From the NCBI GenBank assembly GCA_001800815.1, contig MGWC01000061.1, positions 11,193 through 75,192 on the forward strand: a stretch of DNA of 64,000 bases, read 5' to 3'. This DNA is from Euryarchaeota archaeon RBG_19FT_COMBO_56_21 (GTDB taxonomy: Archaea; Thermoplasmatota; Thermoplasmata; UBA10834). Each line of letters opens with the position of its first letter. Position 1 is the first letter of the stretch. The translations under genes were made by a program, and so were the position numbers. Below, piece after piece: positions 45,996 to 53,460 of this stretch. The notes beneath the pieces were generated by a model. That model was not told where the DNA came from and searched no databases. It was given only the letters and a program-made list of their open reading frames with translations.

Positions 45996-46157
45996 GTCAG
46001 TAGTCGCTTCTTTCGGGATAATTGTCGTTTTCTGCCGAAGATGCTCCTAAACAAGAAGACTACGTCTTCTTGCCCTGGCCAGCAAATGCGACATAGCCAG
46101 ATGTGTCACTTCGACAATCGGCGAAACGACTAACACTCAATTCTGATAATCGGCCGA

Positions 46158-46170
46158 AAAGGTATTTAAG
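46158..46170 (+). promoter_or_regulatory. BRE/TATA box GAAAAGGTATTTAAG for the pilin-like gene
   Basis: Lies about 60 nt upstream of the ATG at 46229. The 5' UTR contains AGGAGG at 46215-46220. Confidence 0.5.
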
Positions 46171-46228
46171 CTCAGCTCGGGCGTATTACAGTCCAAGCGG
46201 GCCGAAAGGTCCGCAGGAGGACTAAACA

Positions 46229-46759
46229 ATGAAGAAGATTTGGGCAATCCGAAAGGATGCCGAGGCGGTGTCCCCCGTCATTGCGACCATCCTGATGGTC
46301 GCGATCACCGTCGTTCTAGCGGCCGTGCTATATGTCATGGTCCTGGGCTTCGGAGGGACATCGACTACAACCCCAGCCGCGACGTATGCGAAGACGACCG
46401 CAACGAACGGTCAGAAAATCAGCATCCTGTCAATAACGAAGACGGATGTACCATGGGACGACGTGAAGGTGCAGCTTTCTGATGGAACCAACTTCGCCGA
46501 GTGGGACACAGTGACAACTGACCTAGACGGCGGAGGCGCATTAACGAAGAACTACACCACGGACACCCTTGGATCGCTGACCGTATGCTTGCTTGTGACT
46601 GATGTGAGCGGTAATGGATTCGTGAGTGGCACTGACTACTTCGTCGTGTACACCTACGGTGGCGCGACCGGCTTCTCAGCTGGCTCTTCGTACAGTGCAG
46701 CGCTGATATACACGGTCACTGGCGAAAAGATGGGCACTGGTCAGACCTTCACAGGCTAG
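46229..46759 (+). CDS. archaeal type IV pilin-like protein (class III signal peptide, DUF1628/Pilin_N type)
   Basis: MKKIWAIRKDAEA|VSPVIATILMVAITVVLAAVLYVMV is a canonical prepilin-peptidase-type N-terminus. It is followed by a Thr-rich, beta-rich domain. Confidence 0.75.
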   Translation: MKKIWAIRKDAEAVSPVIATILMVAITVVLAAVLYVMVLGFGGTSTTTPAATYAKTTATNGQKISILSITKTDVPWDDVKVQLSDGTNFAEWDTVTTDLDGGGALTKNYTTDTLGSLTVCLLVTDVSGNGFVSGTDYFVVYTYGGATGFSAGSSYSAALIYTVTGEKMGTGQTFTG

Positions 46760-46823
46760 ACCTAGTGTTACTAACTCGCGGTCGGACTGAGCACAAACCC
46801 TTTCTTTCACTTTTCATTCTCTG

Positions 46824-47138
46824 ATGCGTGCGAAAGCCACGTCTCATTTCTCCAGTCCATCGATGGAAAGTCATATCACCGCCCAAGTGATGGCTCTCTC
46901 CATGAAGGGCGGCGAGGGCCCGCTCGTGATGAGCGGCGATGAGGCGGAGAAGTTCGTCATATCTCTGCTGAGAGAACGGGGTCCGCTCACGACCATGCAA
47001 ATCGAGCAGCTCGCTCGGAATGAGCACAAGCGCTGCCCCGACCAGACGGTCATCTTTCTGACGAAGATGAAGCGAAAGGGCCTCATAAAGGGGGAGGCCT
47101 CGCTCGAGAAGAGGGGTTGGCTCTGGTGGGCTCCCTGA
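46824..47138 (+). CDS. small winged-helix-like hypothetical protein
   Basis: EAEKFVISLLRERGPLTTMQIEQLARNEH...VIFLTKMKRKGLIKGE looks like a wHTH. The true start is uncertain because several in-frame Met codons follow. Confidence 0.4.
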   Translation: MRAKATSHFSSPSMESHITAQVMALSMKGGEGPLVMSGDEAEKFVISLLRERGPLTTMQIEQLARNEHKRCPDQTVIFLTKMKRKGLIKGEASLEKRGWLWWAP

Positions 47139-47150
47139 AGTGAGGTCGGC

Positions 47151-47573
47151 CTAGTGCAGCATCACGGATGTCCTCGCCATCTGGTCTGACCACTTCTGTC
47201 TGGGATCCTGCGAGTCTATCGCCAGGCCGATGATCCAATCGAGGAGCAGCAGCGGCCAGAATATCTTGGAGATGTTCCTCATCAAGGCCTGGGCAATGTC
47301 CAGCTTCCCTGAGGTCCCGACGACCTTCAGCCTCATGAGCATCTTGCCCACCGTGCCGCCGATCAAGTACTCGAAGAATGCGCAGTAGAGGAAGAAGAGA
47401 GCTCCTTGCGTGCCGATGGACCAGATGGACAGCCAACCGAAGCTCAACACGCTGAAGAACAGCGTGAATGGAAGCCAAATGATCAGCGCGTCAATGATCA
47501 AGGCTACGAACCTTCTCAGCCAATGCTCCTGAAGGGCCTTGTCCCGGCTCAGGTAGTCAAATCCTGTTACCAT
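47151..47573 (-). CDS. RDD-family membrane protein
   Basis: The N-terminal R-D...WLRRFVALIIDALIIWLP pattern and three TM helices. Confidence 0.55.
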   Translation of the reverse strand: MVTGFDYLSRDKALQEHWLRRFVALIIDALIIWLPFTLFFSVLSFGWLSIWSIGTQGALFFLYCAFFEYLIGGTVGKMLMRLKVVGTSGKLDIAQALMRNISKIFWPLLLLDWIIGLAIDSQDPRQKWSDQMARTSVMLH

Positions 47574-47758
47574 GGTTCTGCAACTCCGCCATCCCTCGGA
47601 TGCCTCGCCCCTCTATATTATTTTCTGGGGGCGGCTACCACTCAGATCGCCCGTCTTTCATCACATGTCAGCAGGAATGTTCTCTTCACGGTGGCGGACG
47701 CATATCTACGCCTTACCTTATGAATAGTGAGGCCAGGTTTGTGTCTCTCTCCCGTACT

Positions 47759-47767
47759 CCTATATAC
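47759..47767 (+). promoter_or_regulatory. TATA box (CCTATATAC) for tsr3
   Basis: Lies about 27 nt upstream of the ATG at 47790, consistent with a leaderless mRNA. Confidence 0.4.
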
Positions 47768-47789
47768 TGGCTCGGCCACTCTTGTGCCG

Positions 47790-48335
47790 ATGCCGGCATT
47801 CAAGCTCTATGCACTCCTGGAACATGAGGACGACCCCAAGAAGTGCACAGCAGCGAAGCTGGTGCGCCTTAGGGAGATCTCGGAGGTGAGGGGTCTGGAG
47901 CGCGTGCCCAGGCGGGTCATCGTGCTCGACCCAGAATCGGAAAGAGCCCTGTCCAGGGAGGACGCAGATTCGGCGGAGCGGTTCGGGGTGCTCGTCCTGG
48001 ACTGCTCATGGAACAAGCTCGCCAAGTTCCCGAGGCTCAGAGCGGGGATGCAGCACAGGGCGCTGCCCTTCATGATCGCCGCGAACCCGACCAACTTCGG
48101 GAAGGCCCAGAAGCTGTCGAGCGCGGAAGCCCTCGCAGCAGCAACCTACATTCTTGGGGACAAGGCGCGCGCAGAGCAGCTGATGAACAGATTCAAGTGG
48201 GGGCCCACATTCATCGACATCAACAGAGAGCGACTCGACGAGTACGCAGCGGCGGCCACGAGCGGAGAGGTCGTGTCCGCGCAGAACCGTATGCTAGATG
48301 CAGTCAAAAGGAGCAAGGATGCGCACACCGACTAG
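47790..48335 (+). CDS. tsr3: 16S rRNA aminocarboxypropyltransferase Tsr3
   Basis: EDDPKKCTAAKL, VLDCSWNK and FMIAANPTNFGK...LSSAEALAAATYILG are typical of Tsr3 (DUF367). About 181 aa from the Met at 47790. Confidence 0.8.
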   Translation: MPAFKLYALLEHEDDPKKCTAAKLVRLREISEVRGLERVPRRVIVLDPESERALSREDADSAERFGVLVLDCSWNKLAKFPRLRAGMQHRALPFMIAANPTNFGKAQKLSSAEALAAATYILGDKARAEQLMNRFKWGPTFIDINRERLDEYAAAATSGEVVSAQNRMLDAVKRSKDAHTD

Positions 48336-48504
48336 TCTTATGTATCACATTGTTGATTCCCTTTCCCCTTTTCCCAAGCCTTCGTCACGGGGGAGGGCAT
48401 CGACTTTGATTTGCGGGGGGAACTGAACGCCTAAGGAGTATACGCCCGAGGACCTTGTCGCCATCTGGGAGGAGTTCCTTGGTGGGCAAGAGCGGAGGCA
48501 CCAG

Positions 48505-50550
48505 GTGACGGCGATAGCCGATCTGTACCCAGATGTGAGAAGCATCTATGTTTCGTTCTCCGACGTCGATAGGTTCGACCCCGACCTCGCCAACTACACG
48601 CTTCAGAACCCGACGCAGTCTCTCAGGTCTGCCGAGGACGCTCTCAAGCACATGATTTCGCACGCGCTCACCAACCCGTTCGTCCACTTCAGGATCAAGG
48701 AGCTTCCGCGCGACTCGAGGATTGAGATCCGGAAGCTCAGGGCAAAGCATCTAGGCACATTCGTGTCCATCGAGGGCCTTGTCCGGAAGGCCACCGAGGT
48801 CAGACCGAGGGTGACCATCGCGGAGTTCGAGTGCGTGAGGTGCGGCCACAGAATCGTGATAGAACAGGAGGGCATGCAGTTCCACGAGCCACTCGAGTGC
48901 TCGAAGGACGATGGTGGCTGCGGCAGGGGCACGGGGTCCACGAAGTTCAGACTCTTGACGGACCCATCCAAGTTCGTCGACACTCAGAAGATCGAGATCC
49001 AGGAACCCCCAGAGGGCCTCAGAGGGGGCTCGCAGCCGGAACGGTTGACGGGGTACATCGAAGACGATCTGTCAGGGAAGATATCGCCTGGAGACAGAGT
49101 GAACATCAACGGGATCCTCAGGAGCCAGCAGAAGGGAACGCAGGTCAAGTCCACTCTGTTCGAGATTCATCTCGATATCAACGCCATAGAGTTCGAGGAG
49201 AAGGAGTACGAGGAAGTGCTCATCACGCCCGAGGACGAGCTCAAGATACGCGAGTTCGCCGAAGCTCCCGACGCCATGGACAGGATAATCGCATCCATTT
49301 CTCCGACCATCTACGGCTATGATCAGGAAAAGGAAGCACTGGCCCTTCAGCTGTTCGGCGGGGTGAGCAAGACGATGGACGATGGCACTCGCATACGAGG
49401 GGATATCCACATCGCGCTCATAGGAGACCCTGGTACCGCGAAGTCCCAGATACTCCGCTACATGGCCACGTTGGCGCCGAGAGGCATATACACCTCCGGG
49501 AAATCTTCTTCCGCCGCCGGGCTCACCGCAGCAGCGGTGAAGGACGAGTTCGGAGAAGGTCGCTGGACGCTCGAGGCAGGAGCGCTCGTGCTGGCGGACA
49601 AGGGTCTGGCATGCATCGACGAGTTGGACAAGATGACGGACCAGGACAGGTCGAGCATACACGAGAGCCTGGAGCAGGGAACGATATCAGTCGCGAAGGC
49701 GGGGATCACTGCCACGCTGCAATCACGCTGCGCGGTGCTAGGGGCTGCCAACCCCAAATATGGAAGGTTTGACGACAACCAGCCAGTCGCTGACCAGATC
49801 GACCTTCCCCCGGCCCTGCTTTCGAGGTTTGATGCGATCTTCACGATGACTGACAAGCCCGATGCAGAGAAGGACAGGAACTTGGCGGTACATCTGCTGC
49901 GCGTGCACAGGCGTGGCGAGGTCAGGCTGCAAGAGTCACCAGAATCCATAACCGCGGTAGACACGAGAGAGATACTGAGGGACAGCGCAGGTCTGATCCC
50001 TGCGATGGACCGTGAGTTCCTCAGAAAGTACGTGGCCTACAGCAAGCGCATAATACCGATCATGAGCGACGAAGCCATGCGCACGCTCGAGAACTACTAT
50101 GTCAACATCAGGAAGCTGGGTGAAGGCGAAGAGGCCTCCGTGCCCATCACCCCAAGGCAGCTCGAAGCACTGATACGGCTATCGGAGTCGAGCGCGAGGG
50201 CGGGCCTGAACCAGATCGTCAGCGGCGATGATGCCGCCAGGGCGATCAAGATCGTCGAGTACTACTTGAGCAAGGTCGCGAGCGAGAGCGGCAAGTTGGA
50301 CATCGACCTCATAGCGACGGGCACTAGCAGGAGCCAGCGCGAACAGATATACGTTGTCCGGAACATGATCCAGCAGATGTCGGACGAGAAGCGGGGCGTG
50401 AGCGAGGAAGCCCTGATTCAGAGAGCGTCCGCCGAGAACATACCAGAGGACAGGGTGAGGGCGCTCCTCAAGAGGCTGAGCGAGGGGGGAGAGGTGTACC
50501 GTCCACAGCCTGGATACTACAGGCTGACCAGTGAGGAGCGCGTCGGATGA
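48505..50550 (+). CDS. mcm: MCM replicative helicase
   Basis: Zinc motif CVRCGH...C....C, Walker A GDPGTAKSQ, Walker B CIDELDKM, arginine finger SRFD and a C-terminal wHTH. There is no intein. The start is unresolved: MCM-like sequence continues upstream to 48427 with no canonical start codon (see findings). Confidence 0.9.
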   Translation: MTAIADLYPDVRSIYVSFSDVDRFDPDLANYTLQNPTQSLRSAEDALKHMISHALTNPFVHFRIKELPRDSRIEIRKLRAKHLGTFVSIEGLVRKATEVRPRVTIAEFECVRCGHRIVIEQEGMQFHEPLECSKDDGGCGRGTGSTKFRLLTDPSKFVDTQKIEIQEPPEGLRGGSQPERLTGYIEDDLSGKISPGDRVNINGILRSQQKGTQVKSTLFEIHLDINAIEFEEKEYEEVLITPEDELKIREFAEAPDAMDRIIASISPTIYGYDQEKEALALQLFGGVSKTMDDGTRIRGDIHIALIGDPGTAKSQILRYMATLAPRGIYTSGKSSSAAGLTAAAVKDEFGEGRWTLEAGALVLADKGLACIDELDKMTDQDRSSIHESLEQGTISVAKAGITATLQSRCAVLGAANPKYGRFDDNQPVADQIDLPPALLSRFDAIFTMTDKPDAEKDRNLAVHLLRVHRRGEVRLQESPESITAVDTREILRDSAGLIPAMDREFLRKYVAYSKRIIPIMSDEAMRTLENYYVNIRKLGEGEEASVPITPRQLEALIRLSESSARAGLNQIVSGDDAARAIKIVEYYLSKVASESGKLDIDLIATGTSRSQREQIYVVRNMIQQMSDEKRGVSEEALIQRASAENIPEDRVRALLKRLSEGGEVYRPQPGYYRLTSEERVG

Positions 50551-50843
50551 TCTCCCTGAGGGTTCACAGCCGGGGAGGCGAGACGCTTCTGGCAGCCTGC
50601 GACAAGGACATTCTTGGCAAGACTTTCAAGGGCAAGGGGCTGAAGATCACGGTCTCCGAGGGCTTCTACCGGGGCGAGGACGCCGACGAGGAGATGCTCG
50701 TGAACAGGCTGCAGCTCGCGACCGTCGCCAATCTCGTCGGCAAGAGGACTCTGGAGATCGCGATCAGGCACGGCTTCGTCGATCCAGACTGCGTTCTGGA
50801 TATCGGGGGCGTCCCGCACGCGCAGATGGCGAGGATGATGTAG
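50547..50843 (+). CDS. DUF424 family protein
   Basis: 98 aa, LLAACDKDILGKTF..G...I.VSEGFYRG. ATGA overlap with the mcm stop. Confidence 0.65.
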   Translation: MISLRVHSRGGETLLAACDKDILGKTFKGKGLKITVSEGFYRGEDADEEMLVNRLQLATVANLVGKRTLEIAIRHGFVDPDCVLDIGGVPHAQMARMM

Positions 50844-51878
50844 TTGTTCTGCGTCGAATGTGGCAGAGAGGGTGAACTCATAGGCGCCCTGTGTCAGGAC
50901 TGTTACTCCAAGAAGCACGTCCAGCCTACGATCGCCGACCATGTTGACCTGACAATATGCGCCCACTGCCAATCCATGCAGACCGACAAGGGTTGGGAGG
51001 ATGTCGGGTCTATCAGGCAGGCGGCGGAAACCGCGATCGAGGATTCACTGGTGCTCCCGAAGGACGCCAAGGTGTCGGACTTCAGGGTACGCCTGTCGGA
51101 GAAGGACGAGCGCAACCTCGAGGCGAAGGTCGATGTCATGCTGGTGGTCCAAGGACACGAGTTCACGCGCGAGCTCCAGACAATAGTCAGGATCAAGCGC
51201 GGGTCGTGCACTGAGTGCTCTAAGCAGCAGGGGAGCTACTACGAGGCGATCCTACAGGTGAGGGGTCCTGAACGCACGCTGCCGAAGCAACTTGAGGCGG
51301 AGGTAGAGCGTGTGGTGAGGAGTCGGGTCGGCGCCATGAGGAAGTCGAGCAGAGAAGTGTTCTTGAGCAAGGTCGAGAAGGTGAAGGGCGGGCTCGACTT
51401 CTACTTCAGCACTGTGAGCTCGGCCAGGAGCGTGTCCAGGGAGTTGCAGGAGACATACTGCGCGGAGTTCAAGGAGTCATCGAGCCTCTGGGGCAGGAGG
51501 GACGGCAAGGAGGTCTACAGGATGACCTATCTGGTCCGCCTGCCGGGCATCTTCAGAGGAGACATCGTCACTCTCGGCGGAAGGGAGTTCTACGTCCGCG
51601 GGATGTCGAGGGGCATGTTGCATGGTATCGATCTCTTGACCGGCGAGGAGCGCGCCATCAAGTTCACCGATCGCACGGAGTGTTCGCTCTCACAGTCGAG
51701 GCCTGAGATCGTGAGTGCGGTGGTCCTCACTGAGAAGGAGCGCGAGATGCAGGTCCTCGACCCCGAGACGATGAAGCCGCTGGAGGTCAGGAAACCCATT
51801 GGGTTTTCTCGAAAAGGCGAACAGATACGCCTCGTGAAGACGAAGCTCGGAACATATGTCCTAAGCGACAGCTGGTAA
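50844..51878 (+). CDS. NMD3-family (60S export adaptor homolog) protein
   Basis: N-terminal CVECG...CQDC...CAHC zinc clusters and NMD3 length and layout. A TTG start lies immediately after the upstream stop. Confidence 0.75.
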   Translation: MFCVECGREGELIGALCQDCYSKKHVQPTIADHVDLTICAHCQSMQTDKGWEDVGSIRQAAETAIEDSLVLPKDAKVSDFRVRLSEKDERNLEAKVDVMLVVQGHEFTRELQTIVRIKRGSCTECSKQQGSYYEAILQVRGPERTLPKQLEAEVERVVRSRVGAMRKSSREVFLSKVEKVKGGLDFYFSTVSSARSVSRELQETYCAEFKESSSLWGRRDGKEVYRMTYLVRLPGIFRGDIVTLGGREFYVRGMSRGMLHGIDLLTGEERAIKFTDRTECSLSQSRPEIVSAVVLTEKEREMQVLDPETMKPLEVRKPIGFSRKGEQIRLVKTKLGTYVLSDSW

Positions 51879-51954
51879 TCGTCCACATTTTGTCAGCTCG
51901 CATCAAAAGGGATTAATCCTGAGGTCGCCTTCACAGGCCCGAGGTCGGAGAGTA

Positions 51955-52827
51955 ATGGTCACCGAGCAGGATGTTACGAACGCAGTGGTCGAGCTGCTCC
52001 GGAAGACCGTCGTCAGGCTCCCGCAGGATGTCGAGGATGCCCTGCGAAAGGCGTACGCCAGCGAGACTGACGAGGTCCCTAAGATGCAGCTGAAGGCAAT
52101 CGTGGACAACATAGACATGGCGATCAAGGGCAACACGCCCATGTGTCAGGACACCGGTGTGACGATCTTCTACGCCGCTCTGCCCAAGGACTGCAAGGTG
52201 GATGTCGGGAAAGGGATCGTCGAGGGCGTCCGCAAAGCCACGAAGGAGGTTCCTCTGAGACCGAACGCGGTCCACCCGGTCACAAGAAAGAACCCGGGTG
52301 ACAACGTCGGCGAGAAGATGCCGTACATCAACTGGCGGATCCACGACAAGGACTACATCGAGATAACGGTCATGACGAAGGGCGCGGGCTCCGAGAACAT
52401 GAGCCAGCTCGCGATGCTTACGCCCAGCCAGGGCCTGAAGGGGATCAAGGAGTTCGTGCTCAACGCGGTGCTCAGGGCGGGCAGTAACCCGTGCCCTCCC
52501 ACGATATTGGGTGTCGGCATTGGCGGCTCGAGCGACATCGCGATGAAGCTTGCAAAGGAGGCGCTCCTCCGGCCAATCAATGAGAGGCACAAAGACCCCG
52601 AGATGGCCAAGCTGGAGACCGAGCTGCTGGAGGCAATCAACATGTTGGGGATCGGGCCAATGGGCTTGGGAGGCAAGACCACGTGCCTCGGCCTCAACAT
52701 CGAATACGCGTACTGCCACACCGCAAGCCTCCCAGTCGGATTGAACGTACAGTGCTGGGCGGGAAGGCGAGGAACCGTCAGGATACATCCCGACGGCAAG
52801 TTGGCCTATCCGACGCACGAGAGGTGA
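51955..52827 (+). CDS. class I fumarate hydratase (Fe-S hydro-lyase), alpha subunit
   Basis: The PMCQDTG cluster-ligand motif and a length of about 290 aa. Confidence 0.85.
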   Translation: MVTEQDVTNAVVELLRKTVVRLPQDVEDALRKAYASETDEVPKMQLKAIVDNIDMAIKGNTPMCQDTGVTIFYAALPKDCKVDVGKGIVEGVRKATKEVPLRPNAVHPVTRKNPGDNVGEKMPYINWRIHDKDYIEITVMTKGAGSENMSQLAMLTPSQGLKGIKEFVLNAVLRAGSNPCPPTILGVGIGGSSDIAMKLAKEALLRPINERHKDPEMAKLETELLEAINMLGIGPMGLGGKTTCLGLNIEYAYCHTASLPVGLNVQCWAGRRGTVRIHPDGKLAYPTHER

Positions 52828-52832
52828 TTTGG

Positions 52833-53432
52833 ATGCCCAAGAGAATCAAGACACCGATCTCCGAGGCGGACGCGCGCGCGCTGAAGGTCGGCGAGACCAT
52901 CTACGTCGACGGGATAGTGCTGACAGGCAGGGACGAAGTGCACATTCACGCCCTCGAGTACTTGGAGAAGGGCAAGCAGATCCCGGTCGAGTTCAAGGGC
53001 GCGGCCCTCTTCCACTGTGGTCCAATAATGAAGAAGGTCGGCGAGAAATGGGTTGCGGTGGCAGCCGGCCCAACGACTTCGTCCAGGATGAACTCGCTCG
53101 AGCCGGGGTTCATCGAGAAGTTCAGGCCGGGAGCGATAATCGGCAAAGGCGGCATGTCCCAGCCGACTGTGGACGCAATGAAGGAATTCGGATGCGTCTA
53201 CCTCGCCTTCACAGGCGGGGCGGCGGTCCTGGCCGCAAAGGGCATCAAGAGCGTTGAAGGCGTCGAGTGGTTCGAGCTCGGGATGCCAGAAGCCATCTGG
53301 ATACTGAACTGCGACAACTTCGGTCCCCTGACCGTTGCGATCGACGCGCACGGGAACAGCCTGTTCGCGGACGTGAATGTCAAGGTCAAGGAGAACGAGA
53401 AGAAGGCGCGTGCGAGACTGGGCCTGAGCTAG
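52833..53432 (+). CDS. class I fumarate hydratase, beta subunit
   Basis: GRDEVH, GPTTSSRM and GKGGM motifs. The Met at 52833 is preceded by GAGAGGTGA. The tracked ORF start at 52683 overlaps the alpha subunit. Confidence 0.85.
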   Translation: MPKRIKTPISEADARALKVGETIYVDGIVLTGRDEVHIHALEYLEKGKQIPVEFKGAALFHCGPIMKKVGEKWVAVAAGPTTSSRMNSLEPGFIEKFRPGAIIGKGGMSQPTVDAMKEFGCVYLAFTGGAAVLAAKGIKSVEGVEWFELGMPEAIWILNCDNFGPLTVAIDAHGNSLFADVNVKVKENEKKARARLGLS

Positions 53433-53443
53433 AACGTAAACGA

Positions 53444-53459
53444 GCGGCCTTCGGGCCGC
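53444..53459. terminator. GC hairpin GCGGCC-TTCG-GGCCGC between convergent genes
   Basis: A perfect 6-bp stem with a TTCG loop lying exactly in the 28-nt gap between the fumarase beta stop and the surface-protein stop. T-rich sequence follows on both strands. Confidence 0.5.
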
Positions 53460-53460
53460 T

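Noticed and set aside
47600-47827. A 75-aa ORF, and the possibility of an ncRNA or tRNA, in the 216-nt gap between the RDD gene and tsr3.
   Set aside because: The ORF has no SD or TATA-consistent start and runs across the predicted tsr3 promoter. I could not find a T-loop (GTTCRAATC-like), cloverleaf arms or C/D boxes.
51931-52818. A 295-aa minus-strand ORF antisense to the fumarase alpha subunit. The same applies to 28172-28849 (antisense to thiolase) and 55535-56209 (antisense to lhr).
   Set aside because: The sense-strand genes carry diagnostic catalytic motifs. The antisense products are low-complexity.
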